A stretch of 48,754 nucleotides of DNA from Candidatus Nanohalarchaeota archaeon (GTDB lineage Archaea; EX4484-52; B79-G9), in the NCBI GenBank assembly GCA_030634545.1, contig DAOWAN010000003.1, positions 1 through 48,754 on the forward strand, read 5' to 3'. The notes under the pieces were generated by a model. That model saw nothing but the letters and a program-made list of their open reading frames with translations. It did not search any database and had not been told where the DNA came from. The position numbers and the translations under genes are program-made. Within the stretch, counting starts at the first letter, position 1; each line of letters begins with the position of its first letter. Below, one piece after another: positions 8,901 through 19,770 of the stretch.

Positions 8901-10031
8901 ATGACCAAAGTATCTATTGTAAAATGCCAGAATTATGATTATGTAAAAGTAAAAGCTGCGGTTGACAAATCTATTGCGCTTGCAGGAGGTCTTAAAAAAA
9001 CAGTTAAAAAAGGAGATAGGGTTCTTCTTAAAGTGAACCTCCTCAAAGCTGCAAAACCAGGACATGCGATAACAACGCATCCGTCAATCGTAAAAGCAGT
9101 ATGCGAACAGGTACTGGACCTTGGCGCAATACCAATTGTCGGCGATGCCCAAAACATCCAGATGGATAAAGGAATGAGCAGTCTTGATGTCTGCGGCATA
9201 AAAGCGGTCTGCGATGAGCTAAAAGTAAAGGCAATCGATTTCAAGGACAATGGATTCAGAAAAGTCAAAGTCTCAAAACCAGTACAGATGAAAAACATAT
9301 GGATTGCAAAAGATGTGCTTAGCGCAGATACTATCATAGCTCTCCCTAAAATGAAAACCCATATGCTGACAAGCTATACTGGCGCAGTCAAGAACTTCTT
9401 CGGATGCATCCCTTTTGGCGAGCGAATGAAAGCACATGTACTTGGCAAAGATGAGATGTTCGCAGAAGTATTGTCTGATATTTATTCGGTAATTAAACCT
9501 TCTTTTTGTGTAATGGATGGTATAATCGGTATGGAAGGCGATGGTCCTACACACGGTCCAAAAAGAAGATACAATATGATTGCAGCATCTACTGACTGCG
9601 TGTCACTTGATGCAGTATGCTCTAATCTCATGGGATTCAAGAACCTGAACACTGTCGTCGCAGCAGAGAAAAGAGGGCTTGGTGTCGCGGATTTGAATAA
9701 AATACAGATCATTGGCGATAAAATAGCGCCATTCACGATTAAAATGCCCAACCAGAACATGAGAAAATCACAAAACATAGTTGCGCTGCTTCCAAAATCA
9801 ATCCGTGAGTATATTGCAAAAACATTGCTAATATTCGAGCCAAGAGTAGATGAATCAAAGTGTAAAAAATGCGCAATATGTAAAAATGCATGTCCGGTCA
9901 AGGCGATAAGTATGGATCCTTATCCGGTGTTTGACCGCGAAAGATGTATAAAATGTTTCTGCTGCCATGAGTTGTGTCCTGATGGCGCGATTTACACCCA
10001 TAAATCATGGCTTGCAAAACAATGGAGATGA
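8901..10031 (+). CDS. DUF362 protein with C-terminal 2x[4Fe-4S] ferredoxin domain
   Basis: LLKVN, TTHP, PKMKTH and DGIIGMEGDGP motifs; CKKCAICKNACP and CIKCFCCHELCP. Confidence 0.9.
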   Translation: MTKVSIVKCQNYDYVKVKAAVDKSIALAGGLKKTVKKGDRVLLKVNLLKAAKPGHAITTHPSIVKAVCEQVLDLGAIPIVGDAQNIQMDKGMSSLDVCGIKAVCDELKVKAIDFKDNGFRKVKVSKPVQMKNIWIAKDVLSADTIIALPKMKTHMLTSYTGAVKNFFGCIPFGERMKAHVLGKDEMFAEVLSDIYSVIKPSFCVMDGIIGMEGDGPTHGPKRRYNMIAASTDCVSLDAVCSNLMGFKNLNTVVAAEKRGLGVADLNKIQIIGDKIAPFTIKMPNQNMRKSQNIVALLPKSIREYIAKTLLIFEPRVDESKCKKCAICKNACPVKAISMDPYPVFDRERCIKCFCCHELCPDGAIYTHKSWLAKQWR

Positions 10032-10345
10032 GTATGGAGCTTAAAAAAGCCCAAAAAAAAGTTGATGAATGGATAAACCTATTCGATGATGGATATTGGT
10101 CACCATTGGCGCAGTTGGCTGCTCTTACTGAGGAGACTGGTGAGCTTGCGCGTGAAATCAATCACGCAGAAAGTATGAAAAAGAAAAGAGATAGGTCCGG
10201 CAACCTGAAAACTGAAATGGGTGACGTTCTCTTTGCACTTATCTGTATAGCTAATTCCTATGACATATCGCTTGAAGAAGCTCTGAATGAGACACTAGCC
10301 AAATATAAGAAAAGGGATAAAGACAGATGGCAGAAAAAATCGTGA
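10028..10345 (+). CDS. MazG-like nucleotide pyrophosphohydrolase (YpjD-like)
   Basis: LTEETGELAREIN and EMGDVLF motifs; ATGA overlap with the upstream gene. Confidence 0.9.
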   Translation: MSMELKKAQKKVDEWINLFDDGYWSPLAQLAALTEETGELAREINHAESMKKKRDRSGNLKTEMGDVLFALICIANSYDISLEEALNETLAKYKKRDKDRWQKKS

Positions 10346-10362
10346 TAGACAATAAAAAACAG

Positions 10363-10455
10363 TCAAATCCTGCTTAATATGTCTCTGATATCATCTCTTT
10401 TGTAGCGCTCAATCAACCCTTTTTTAAATACACTATTTACATCACTTTTGTTCAT
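10363..10455 (-). CDS. Candidate 30-aa peptide
   Basis: MNKSDVNSVFKKGLIERYKRDDIRDILSRI* preceded by GAGGTGG; TTATAA at 10501. Confidence 0.4.
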   Translation of the reverse strand: MNKSDVNSVFKKGLIERYKRDDIRDILSRI

Positions 10456-10772
10456 AAGACCACCTCGCTGTTTGATTAAGAACTCTTTTACTGTGGCGAC
10501 TTATAAGCAATTCCTATACATGCCCTGCCGATATATGGCTGAGGAATGAAATATCTTTAGAAAATTATTCAAAAAAAAGCACCTACAGAACAGATAATAC
10601 TAGCGCAGAGAGAATATGTCGTGGCTTTGAAAAATGCCGATAAAAATACAAAGACATGGAGAGTTACAAAATAAATTCTGTAATTCTCCATGTTAGATGT
10701 TGCAAAATACGCAGTCAATCGCGGCAGTTAATATCAGCAATACTTTCTGATTCTTTATTTATCTTCGCCGAA

Positions 10773-11255
10773 TTATTTAAACAATACCTGATCGCTTCCA
10801 GTGAATGTATAAATTGTCAAATCACCAGCATCAGTATATACCTCAAAATCGCCTTTAATTGTTACATCGACGTTTTTTCCAACAAGATTATTAGCAATAG
10901 CATACTTCTGGATTGCAGTTCTGTCAAAGCTCACTTCCATGTGTGTCCATGCCCAGATTATTGAATCTGCTTTAACAACAACATCGTCCCCGATAATAAA
11001 AGATATATCAGGCTCACCAATATCCCTGTATAATGTAATGAATCCGAGGTTAGCCTTTATATTTTGTTGTGTTCCGGTATTTTGGCTATTCAAGCTAATT
11101 ACCTGCGGCACAACTTTGACACCTGTTTCTATTACATCCGTTTCGATTACACCTGTAACAGAATCCTCGCTGTAAGCCATACTGAAAAGTGCATAGACGA
11201 CTAGGATGCCGCACAATGCAACACCTATCTTTTTACTCATATTTAGATGCTTCAT
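10773..11255 (-). CDS. Hypothetical secreted protein
   Basis: Signal peptide; GAGGTGG SD. Confidence 0.75.
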   Translation of the reverse strand: MKHLNMSKKIGVALCGILVVYALFSMAYSEDSVTGVIETDVIETGVKVVPQVISLNSQNTGTQQNIKANLGFITLYRDIGEPDISFIIGDDVVVKADSIIWAWTHMEVSFDRTAIQKYAIANNLVGKNVDVTIKGDFEVYTDAGDLTIYTFTGSDQVLFK

Positions 11256-11297
11256 GTTTTTTCCACCTCGTAGTTATATAATAGACTAATTAAGCTA

Positions 11298-11330
11298 TGA
11301 AACCGTATATATATGTTTACTGAAACCGTA
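11298..11330. promoter_or_regulatory. Direct repeat TGAAACCGTA x2 flanking a TATA box
   Basis: Exact 10-mers at 11298 and 11321 around TATATAT, upstream of 10773..11255. Confidence 0.45.
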
Positions 11331-11375
11331 ATTCCATAGTTGATGCAAGGAATAATATAATAAACTTCAACAAAA

Positions 11376-11698
11376 TATAGCCAAAGACATAACTCTCCAG
11401 ACCATATGTCTTTGTCATCTGATTAACAATCTTCGAGATTTATCATTTTGAAAATTGGTACCCAATTTCCAATTTTCGAAATCACTAAAAATCCACTTCA
11501 CATAGTGGATTTTTGTGATAACAAAAATCGAGTCTCTCGATTTTTAGTTATTTGAAATGGGTGACCATTTCGAAAATCCAGCAAATCCCGGATTTGCCCG
11601 GATCCTAAAAATCACGATGTGATTTTTAAGGACACATAAATCGCGGGATGTGATTAAGTATGTTTATATTTGTCAATCCGGTAACGGCGTGAAATATA
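11376..11698. repeat. MITE-like hairpin-array element, copy 1 (about 7 modules)
   Basis: Left stem TATAG-C-CAAAGACATA..TATGTCTTTG; modules shared with copy 2; ends GTAACGGCGTGAAATATA. Confidence 0.75.
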
Positions 11699-11727
11699 GA
11701 AATATACCTCAGCTTAACTCACGCCAG

Positions 11728-12303
11728 TTATGACTCTTTCTCAAGCAGGATATCCTTAATCTGATCTTCCAGAACTATGCGATTAGTCTTTCCGTATTTT
11801 TCAGTCCGAATTATTCCTTTTATTTTTAGACTATTTACCGCCCTATGGGTTTTCAGTTTATCCATATAGTTCTCTCTTGTTATTTCAGACTGCAATACAT
11901 CTCCCTTATTCTCAATTAATTTTTTCAGTACAATCCTTTCATCAGGGTTTGAAAATCTTAAAATTGTGTTTATGTAATTTGTGTCTTTGGAACTTGTTTT
12001 TATCGTATTATCTTCATCTATTGTTTTTGAAAGCAGTTCCATTTCTTGTTTCAGTTTTGTCTCACTTATTTTTGAGATGAAATAGTATGAAACCGGAACT
12101 ATTGCAAGAATCAGGAGTACGATAGTTACCCACAAGATCCGGTTTGGTATCATGTGTTTGCATTCAGATGCCCAGGGAATATTTTTGAGTCCCTCATGAT
12201 TAAAAGCACTATAAAAAAGAATGATTAAAATGCCGGTCATTGATGTTGATGATACCAGCAAAAGCAGTTTTTCGATTTTTTTGTTCATGGTAATATTCCG
12301 CAT
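11728..12303 (-). CDS. Membrane-bound winged-HTH regulator
   Basis: Two TM helices followed by ERIVLKKL..QSEI..GII..KYGKTNRI. Confidence 0.8.
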   Translation of the reverse strand: MRNITMNKKIEKLLLLVSSTSMTGILIILFYSAFNHEGLKNIPWASECKHMIPNRILWVTIVLLILAIVPVSYYFISKISETKLKQEMELLSKTIDEDNTIKTSSKDTNYINTILRFSNPDERIVLKKLIENKGDVLQSEITRENYMDKLKTHRAVNSLKIKGIIRTEKYGKTNRIVLEDQIKDILLEKES

Positions 12304-12436
12304 TTTGAAATATATATATCATTATAAAAAACACATCACATCAACAATATGAATATTCTGATGCACAACTATAGCCACCAATTGCTGCTCTGACAGAGAC
12401 AACATCATATGTTCATGGGAGCAAAGAAAAATAAAT

Positions 12437-13465
12437 TTAATCAGAAATTGGAGTACTGCCATGAATTCTCTCAAAGTCATCTGTAAACTTATCTGCAATT
12501 TCCTTATCGTGAATTATCAGAATGTTCTCATCATTTTTGGTGTCTCCTGCTTTTGTAGGGTTAAATGAGCCTGTAACAACAATAGTTTTATCTATAATAA
12601 ATACCTTATTGTGCATATTCTTAGGATTGCTATCCCAAATCACAGGTACGTCATTCTCTAGAAGTTTTTCATATTCACACCATTTACTTTTCTGGAATTT
12701 CTCAAAAACACCGCGCACCTGTACGCCACGATTATGCGCATCAACCAGCGCATCCCCTATCCCGTCATGCGTGAATGTAAAGCACATAAAATCTATTGAG
12801 TCGGTTGCTCCTGAAATCAGTTCTATGATATGCTCTGCGCACTTGTCTTCAGGACAGAAATAATTCTCATAACGGATATCGTTAAGATAGATCACAGGAT
12901 TGCGCACTGTGTCTCCACTTCCAAATACCCTGCTTTCCAGTTCTGAAAACTCATCCTCGTAATTAGAAGAGAGGTATTTTGAATATATTACAAGCATATT
13001 GTTGTCATTTTTCATGCCGGTGATTGTAGGATTGTACGAACCCATAAATACAATCTCACTGTCTATGATGCAGAATTTATCGTGCATCAGCTGGTGCGTA
13101 CCGATATTAGATACATAATCAATCCCGTAAAGGTGTTTGGTGTTATCTTTATCTGTCACAAGTTGTACATCGATATCTTTTGCCTTTGCTTTAAGTGCAT
13201 CAACAATTCCCTCTAGTTCAACGTCATATAAAGCGCAATGGATAGATACATTCGCGCTTTCAATCAGGGTCCTTAGCCGGGTCTCGCAGCCATCCGCAGG
13301 ACAGAACAGTACTTCCGGCGCTAAATTTGTCTCACGGATATCCCCGTCGGGTAAAATCACATTGCTGACAATAGAGGTATCCTGCATGAACACAAACCCT
13401 GCAATTAAAACCAGTATGAAAAAAATATTCCACTTCTTAACTCTTCTCTTTCGCCTGCCCATCAT
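12437..13465 (-). CDS. Membrane-anchored phospholipase D-family protein (two HKD motifs), probable nuclease
   Basis: MHDKFCIID..GSYN and MHNKVFIID..GSFN; N-terminal TM helix. Confidence 0.88.
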   Translation of the reverse strand: MMGRRKRRVKKWNIFFILVLIAGFVFMQDTSIVSNVILPDGDIRETNLAPEVLFCPADGCETRLRTLIESANVSIHCALYDVELEGIVDALKAKAKDIDVQLVTDKDNTKHLYGIDYVSNIGTHQLMHDKFCIIDSEIVFMGSYNPTITGMKNDNNMLVIYSKYLSSNYEDEFSELESRVFGSGDTVRNPVIYLNDIRYENYFCPEDKCAEHIIELISGATDSIDFMCFTFTHDGIGDALVDAHNRGVQVRGVFEKFQKSKWCEYEKLLENDVPVIWDSNPKNMHNKVFIIDKTIVVTGSFNPTKAGDTKNDENILIIHDKEIADKFTDDFERIHGSTPISD

Positions 13466-14646
13466 TCTCCCTCCTTCTTTTTACTTAAACTTACTTTATG
13501 ACTTGTCTCTTCACTACTGAAAGCCTTTATCTTTTCGGCGACCCTGTTGTCAAGCAGAGTCTCTTTCATGACGCGCTTAAGAGCAAATACATCAAGACCT
13601 GATGCCTTATCCCATAATCCGGTCTTCTTTAGATAAGCTTCCAGTTCTTTTCGCTTTTCATCTCCTGCTTTAGGGTATTTTACGTCTATGCTCTCTGTGA
13701 CTTTCGCAATATAGTCATTGCTTTCAACTGCGCTCATGTGGTTCTTGGTGCAATACTCAATGAGCGCATCACGAATATCATCCAGCTCATCACTTATCGT
13801 TTTTTTGCGCAGCTTCAAAAGAGCATATTTATCGACCAGCTCAACCCCGGATCCGTAGATATCATTTTTTTTATTTTCTGCACTGAACTTATGCTTGTGT
13901 ACAGGGCATATTGCCTGATACTCGCACCACGAGCATAATTTTGATGCATTGGGAAGAAAGTCACCTTTGTCTTTTGCATCTTCAATTATTCCAATCTTTT
14001 TGATTATGCTGTTTTTGACGTCTTTTAGTTCCTTTTCAGTGCGCAGATAGCTGAATTCCTTGTTGAATGCAAGATAATGCCATATTACGCGTATGTTTTT
14101 TGCGTCAGCATACATATCCCTGACTGCAAGAGCGTACAATGATAGCTGTTCATCTCTTTTCAGGACTGCCTGTGGCGGCAGGCTTCCCGAGGTCTTGTAA
14201 TCGTGTATCTCATATATGGAGTCTTTTGCTGTAGCGAGTCTGTCTATGTAGCCTATGATAGTATGCCCGTCCAGCTTCAGATTGACTTTCTGCTCAAGGC
14301 TTACGGTTGTGCCTGATGTAAACGGGAAATTCTTCTTATAGTAATCTGCGATATATTTTCTGCCCATATCAAGATAATTTTCTTTACAATAGCCTTTCTT
14401 GATTATACGGATAGCGTCACTATACTTCTTATTCCATCTGTCCTCATAGTACGTATTCAGATTGTCTGCGCTGTTCTCTTTATGGCGCTTGAGGTCTGAG
14501 TAGAGCATCTCAAGTGTCTCATGTACGCGCTTGCCGAGAAATGCTTCGATGCCTTCAAAGCGCTCTACTTTCACTTTGTCAATATAGCGGTACCTGAACA
14601 TCAGAGGGCAGTTGAAATAAGTGTTTATCTTTGAATAAGAATACAT
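13462..14646 (-). CDS. PD-(D/E)xK nuclease (RecB/AddB/Cas4-like) with four-Cys cluster and C-terminal extension; start uncertain
   Basis: SYSKINTYFNCP, GYIDRL, IHDYKT, QLSLY and CSWCEYQAICP motifs. Confidence 0.88.
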   Translation of the reverse strand: MYSYSKINTYFNCPLMFRYRYIDKVKVERFEGIEAFLGKRVHETLEMLYSDLKRHKENSADNLNTYYEDRWNKKYSDAIRIIKKGYCKENYLDMGRKYIADYYKKNFPFTSGTTVSLEQKVNLKLDGHTIIGYIDRLATAKDSIYEIHDYKTSGSLPPQAVLKRDEQLSLYALAVRDMYADAKNIRVIWHYLAFNKEFSYLRTEKELKDVKNSIIKKIGIIEDAKDKGDFLPNASKLCSWCEYQAICPVHKHKFSAENKKNDIYGSGVELVDKYALLKLRKKTISDELDDIRDALIEYCTKNHMSAVESNDYIAKVTESIDVKYPKAGDEKRKELEAYLKKTGLWDKASGLDVFALKRVMKETLLDNRVAEKIKAFSSEETSHKVSLSKKKEGE

Positions 14647-14730
14647 GGGGTGTAATTTACGGGCAAGATTCATATTTCTTTGCCTGCAGCCAAGATATTT
14701 CTTTTCTATGCTTCTGGTAGCGAGCATACC

Positions 14731-15288
14731 CTAGAATAAAAAGAAGGATACGCCTATCAGTATAAATAATATCCCGGAAAATTTTGTAATCGCACGTTCG
14801 TCTATTCTGTCTGAGAGATATTTTCCTAAATAGATTGTCATCAATGACAATAAAGTCAATGCGGTCATGACTCCTGCAAAAACCATAAACCCGTTGTATT
14901 TTGCTGCAAACAATGCAGAAGCTATTTGCGTCTTATCTCCCCATTCAGATAAAAAAATCAGGGCAAATCCCGAATAGAATGGGGTTTTGAAATAAGAGAT
15001 ACTTTTGAGTTCTTCTTTTTTGCTTACCAGTACCAATACTCCAAAAATTATGAAAACAGCACCAGATAGGGGTTTTATTAAGCCTGCATCAAAAATAGTT
15101 GTAATCCATCCACCTGCCAGAATAGCAATCCCGTCAACCACTAAAAATGCCAGTATCACACCTGCCAATAACTCACGATGTTTTTTTGTTTTCGAGGATA
15201 AGAGTAAAATAGACAGCTGGGTTTTGTCACCCAGTTCTGCAAGACCAACTACAATCAAAGGAATCAATATCTCTTCTAACATAATCAT
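14731..15288 (-). CDS. TMEM165/GDT1 (UPF0016) cation transporter
   Basis: ELGDKTQ and EWGDKTQ signature motifs. Confidence 0.93.
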   Translation of the reverse strand: MIMLEEILIPLIVVGLAELGDKTQLSILLLSSKTKKHRELLAGVILAFLVVDGIAILAGGWITTIFDAGLIKPLSGAVFIIFGVLVLVSKKEELKSISYFKTPFYSGFALIFLSEWGDKTQIASALFAAKYNGFMVFAGVMTALTLLSLMTIYLGKYLSDRIDERAITKFSGILFILIGVSFFLF

Positions 15289-15419
15289 ACCTCACAGGAA
15301 ATTCATTGAGGATATTAATATTTGTTTGCCTGTGGTGGCTTTGTGTAAAAAGTCCCGAAAGTGTGTAAAATCGGCTATTTCAGACTTCATACACAAAGCC
15401 AGCAGATAGCAATCATACA

Positions 15420-17663
15420 TCACCCAAAACGCTTCTGCGCTTTCAACCCATCCACATCCTCCCCGACCTTCTTCTTAAGCGCTTCTGCGCTTTTCTGTCC
15501 CACTGCGCGGACAAGGTCAGCGAATGAAACATCGCGAATAGAGGTCAAATCTGTAACACCAATCTTAAAAAGGGCGCGCGCCTTCACTCTGCCAATCCCG
15601 CGGATCTTTACAAGATTTATCAACTCTGAGCGCACCCCATACTTCAGTCTTACTCTAAGTTTGTCGATAACGGGGCGCAGACTCGTTACATTGCAGATGA
15701 AAGAGATTTCTGAGACTGCGTATAAAAGCCAGTCGCAATTGTCAAGCTTTGCACGAAGTTCGCCGGGGCTCATCCGGAATCTATCCATCAGAAAATCTTC
15801 GCTTTTTTCATGTATCCATGCATCAAGCGCCATTGCGGTCTTAAATGCGCTAAGATTTGTGTCCTCATCGGCTTTGGCAAAGTCAGGGACTATCAGTTTT
15901 GCTGAGGATTTCTCTATTTCCTCGTAAATCCACTCATATTCTGCTTTTCCAATCCTTAAGCGTGGTCTCATCTCAAGTGCAGAACAGACAAGATGCATCA
16001 GACCAAGGTCTGAAGCTTTTATTGGTGCGCATTTTCGAATGGCATGTACAAAGAGCCAGGAGGTCACAGGATCAATGTATAGTTCTGCAACGCGCTTGCC
16101 TAGTACTGTTGCTTTCATCTTTTTGACGGCATGATATGAATCTGCGCTTTGGAAAAGCGACGGGCTTGATATATCTCCTTCTTCATTCCATTCTACCAGC
16201 TTATAATCGCCTAGCATGTCAACAACCTTACTTACATTACGTTCAAGTTCAAAAAGGTCATTGTACTGGAATGCATAAAATGTCTTTTCCATAAATGCCA
16301 TCAAATGTTTGTCACTATAGACGTGTCCTGTGGCTATCAGGGAAAGGATGTGCGAGCGGAGGACCGGCTCAAGCGAAAGTTTTGAAAAGATCTTCTCGCA
16401 TTCGGCATTGACATATTCATCCATTACGCGGTCAACGTCATATTCGCTTTTAGCGCATGCAAGTGCAATGCCTTTAGAATCATACTTCGGTCTGCCTGCT
16501 CTTCCTGCCATCTGCTGGAATTCAAGTACTGGAATAGGGCGCATCCCATATCCGCCCATGTATCTTGTGAGGTCTCTTACAATCACATACGCTGCAGGGA
16601 GGTTTACTCCGGCGGCAAGCGTCGGGGTGGCGCAAATTACCTTTATCTTTCCACTCTTAAAATTCTCCTCGATAATGTCTTTCTGCTTTGGCGCAAGTCC
16701 GGCATGATGGAATGCAGCGCCATCTGATACTATTCTTGAAAGCCTTCTGCACTGTTTTGTGGGATGTGCAATTGCTGAGAGAACTGAAGAAGAGACCTTA
16801 TCCATACCTTTAGAAAATTTTTTTGTTACTGCACCTGCTTTTTCAGCCTGGCTTTCGGCACTGGGTCTTGAATTTACAAATACAATCGCCTGCTTACCTG
16901 AGGAGACAATGTGCTCAATCAATGCAAGCAGACTATCTGTTCTCTTATCTACTGCCTGTGTTTTTTCTTTAAAATGCATCTTACAGCCATGATAAGCACC
17001 TACTGCAAGGTCTACGGGTCTGTAATCGGATTTCACAAGTTCTGCGGAAAGCCACCCTGCAAGTTCTTCACTATTGTTGATTGTAGCAGACAGACCGAGT
17101 ATCTGGAATTTTGTGAGGTCCCGCAGGCGGGTGATTGTGACTTCCAGTGTCGGTCCTCTTGAAACATCGTTTAAAAGATGTATCTCATCGCAGACCACCA
17201 GCCCTATATCGCGCACCCACTCTATGCCGTGCCGGATGAGGCTGTCAAGTTTTTCGCAGGTGACAATTATCACATCATATTCTGCAAGCCACATCTCTTT
17301 TGAATCGTGCCCGCCCATTGAGAGCGCTATTTTGATACCCATTCCCTCGTATTTCTCTTTGAACTCCTTATATTTTTCAGATCCAAGCGCCTTGAGGGGC
17401 ACAATATATATTGCTTTTTTCTTGAGGTTCAGTACGGTATTGATGATTGCAAGCTCGGCAATAATCGTTTTCCCGGAAGCGGTGGGGCATGCAACAACCA
17501 GGTTTTTGCTGTCAAGCAGCCCTGAATCTATTGCCTTCTTCTGCGGGGGGTTAAAGCGGGTGATGCCATCTTTTTTAAAAACAGAGACTACCTTTTCAGG
17601 AATACCTAACTTAATGACTTTTGAAACATCCATAAATTCGCTGTCGTCATGCGTAATAGTCAT
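15420..17663 (-). CDS. hel308: Hel308/Hjm Ski2-like DNA helicase
   Basis: PTASGKT, DEIH, SAT, FHHAGL, TPTLAAGVNLPA and QMAGRAGRP motifs; C-terminal HhH. Confidence 0.93.
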   Translation of the reverse strand: MTITHDDSEFMDVSKVIKLGIPEKVVSVFKKDGITRFNPPQKKAIDSGLLDSKNLVVACPTASGKTIIAELAIINTVLNLKKKAIYIVPLKALGSEKYKEFKEKYEGMGIKIALSMGGHDSKEMWLAEYDVIIVTCEKLDSLIRHGIEWVRDIGLVVCDEIHLLNDVSRGPTLEVTITRLRDLTKFQILGLSATINNSEELAGWLSAELVKSDYRPVDLAVGAYHGCKMHFKEKTQAVDKRTDSLLALIEHIVSSGKQAIVFVNSRPSAESQAEKAGAVTKKFSKGMDKVSSSVLSAIAHPTKQCRRLSRIVSDGAAFHHAGLAPKQKDIIEENFKSGKIKVICATPTLAAGVNLPAAYVIVRDLTRYMGGYGMRPIPVLEFQQMAGRAGRPKYDSKGIALACAKSEYDVDRVMDEYVNAECEKIFSKLSLEPVLRSHILSLIATGHVYSDKHLMAFMEKTFYAFQYNDLFELERNVSKVVDMLGDYKLVEWNEEGDISSPSLFQSADSYHAVKKMKATVLGKRVAELYIDPVTSWLFVHAIRKCAPIKASDLGLMHLVCSALEMRPRLRIGKAEYEWIYEEIEKSSAKLIVPDFAKADEDTNLSAFKTAMALDAWIHEKSEDFLMDRFRMSPGELRAKLDNCDWLLYAVSEISFICNVTSLRPVIDKLRVRLKYGVRSELINLVKIRGIGRVKARALFKIGVTDLTSIRDVSFADLVRAVGQKSAEALKKKVGEDVDGLKAQKRFG

Positions 17664-17787
17664 AATAGATGTTCTGCGTATTAATTTAACTTCTTTTCCC
17701 TCCCATAAACCTAGGATGATTTTTTCCCGGGCATTTTATCTTTGGGATACAATAATATTTATATAATTATCTTTACTTTGAAGTAGT

Positions 17788-18519
17788 ATGACTATAGATG
17801 CAGTAATTTTCGATATCAACGGAGTATTGGTGAAAAATTCCCGAACATACAACGAAATCTCTTTCAAAAAATATATCTCAGATAATTATAATGAAAAGAA
17901 CTTAACAGACACCATAATTGATGGATGCCGCAGGCGTCCTCTGATAGAGCAGGTAAAATGCTGGGAAAAAAAACTAAACATCTCTATTGATTATAACCAC
18001 TTCGATAAAGAGACCACAGAAATGCAGTTGGAAATGATGAGAAAAGAGAAAAAAGACCCACAACTAACCCTATTTTTAAAATATCTTCGTATCAATAATA
18101 TTCAAATTGCTGTCGCAACTTCTTCAGGAAGAGCGCGCGCAAAAAAAATTCTTCAAACTCTGGACTATTCCTACGATGTGCTTGTAACCTCGGACGATGT
18201 AGGCGATGGCAGAAGCAAACCCGAACAGGACATCTATTTGGAAGCCGTCAAAAACTTAAATTATCCGACAACTGTTATTGCTGTTGAAGATTCACCTAAA
18301 GGGATAACCTCAGCTAAAAGCGCATCACAACACTTAGAGTCCCTAGGGATAACTCTGAAAGTAATTGGCTATTATCGAAAAGACGATCCAGAACACAGAG
18401 ACATGTTAAGTGACGCGGATGCCACAATAGCTGATTTTTCCGAAATATATGCCTCTATCAACCGATTATTTGCTGAAGACATCCCGATACCTCGTGCGTT
18501 GTCTGAAGCAGTTTCCTGA
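17788..18519 (+). CDS. HAD-family hydrolase
   Basis: FDINGVL, ATSS, KPE and EDSPKG motifs. Confidence 0.85.
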   Translation: MTIDAVIFDINGVLVKNSRTYNEISFKKYISDNYNEKNLTDTIIDGCRRRPLIEQVKCWEKKLNISIDYNHFDKETTEMQLEMMRKEKKDPQLTLFLKYLRINNIQIAVATSSGRARAKKILQTLDYSYDVLVTSDDVGDGRSKPEQDIYLEAVKNLNYPTTVIAVEDSPKGITSAKSASQHLESLGITLKVIGYYRKDDPEHRDMLSDADATIADFSEIYASINRLFAEDIPIPRALSEAVS

Positions 18520-18605
18520 TTTATAATTGATATCAGAATCTTCCAAAAACGAACTCCAAAAACACATCCATAAATATTAATACACTAAAATCCAAAGAGA
18601 TACAC

Positions 18606-19187
18606 ATGACAGCGCCATACATTGTAATAGAAGGAATGGACGGGTCAGGCAAGACCACGCAGGCAAAACTGCTTATCGATTTTTTGAAAAACCATAAATT
18701 CAAGGTCTACCATAATATAGAACCTTCTACAAGCCCTATCGGAAAACACATACAAGAGATGATAAAATCATCTGCATCCCGTGCTGAGACTACTGCGCTT
18801 GCGTTCGCACTTGACCGCATGCTGTCTTATGACCAGAACCTGAAATATGCAAAAGAGAAATATGATTACATAATAGCTGACAGGTCATACCTTTCATCCC
18901 TTGCATACCAGCCACTCCAAGGCTGTCGATATGATTGGATAAAAGAGCTTAATCGCTATGTGGAAAAACCAGACATTGTATTTATCCTCGATATCCCTCC
19001 CGAAGAATTCACAAAACGCAGGGGAAAGACAAAAGTCATCTTTGAAAATGAGGAATTCCAGCGCAAACTAAGACGCTCATATCTATCTCTTAAAGAAAAA
19101 CTTCCGCTTGACATCATTATTCTTGACGGCACAAAACCCAAGTATGAGATTCATGAGCGCATCCGCGAGCTTACTGTAAAATTATAA
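18606..19187 (+). CDS. tmk: Thymidylate kinase
   Basis: IEGMDGSGKTT and DRSYLSSLAYQ motifs. Confidence 0.93.
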   Translation: MTAPYIVIEGMDGSGKTTQAKLLIDFLKNHKFKVYHNIEPSTSPIGKHIQEMIKSSASRAETTALAFALDRMLSYDQNLKYAKEKYDYIIADRSYLSSLAYQPLQGCRYDWIKELNRYVEKPDIVFILDIPPEEFTKRRGKTKVIFENEEFQRKLRRSYLSLKEKLPLDIIILDGTKPKYEIHERIRELTVKL

Positions 19188-19304
19188 TGACGATTCTTAA
19201 TAAACTGGCAATATGCGCAAAACAGAAAAGATAAAGGATTTAACTGTTATCTGGCAGAAAGACTCGTAATCTGAAATATAACCCAAAGAAATAGATGATA
19301 TTCC

Positions 19305-19494
19305 GGACCCGGGGGAGTTGGCGCAATTACTTAAATTCTGATGTGGATTAGTTCCACGGACATCACACACTCATATCCCGGGTCCATCTTTTTTTTACTT
19401 TCATCATATTGTTATATAGTGTCTATCACCCCTTTAGCGTATTATATTGTATTACTTTGTATTACCTCTTATTGTTGTACCCATATATATACTT
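19305..19494 (-). ncRNA. Tandem unit 1: promoter plus about 80-nt structured element (19305-19385)
   Basis: Stem GGACCCGGG/CCCGGGTCC; shares GTTCCACGGACAT, ATCACC, TTGTATTACTTT and TATATATACTT with unit 2. Confidence 0.5.
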
Positions 19495-19770
19495 AACTTA
19501 CCATTTCAACATCCAGTATGCATGATAGATACAAAATAAATGATAAAACGCATAGATAATACAATATTTTTAGAAATAGTGTCGTAAACGACAACCACCA
19601 CAGAATACTAACAAGATATAGACACTGAAAATCATACCCCATGATTATAGATTAAAATCAGGTAAAATATCCCTAAGAACACTGAGTAAATATTACAGAT
19701 CACGCGCTTAAGAACGAGCATACTGACATAGAATAAAAATGAAATCCAGAAGAAGAAGAGGTGATTATAC

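Noticed and set aside
11420-11635. Hairpin arrays here and at 27800-28040 as a CRISPR array
   Set aside because: No constant repeat alternating with unique spacers; the modules abut and differ, and there is no cas operon.
13462-14646. Cas4 of a CRISPR system
   Set aside because: Four-Cys PD-(D/E)xK nucleases are common as stand-alone genes; no cas1, cas2 or array is present.
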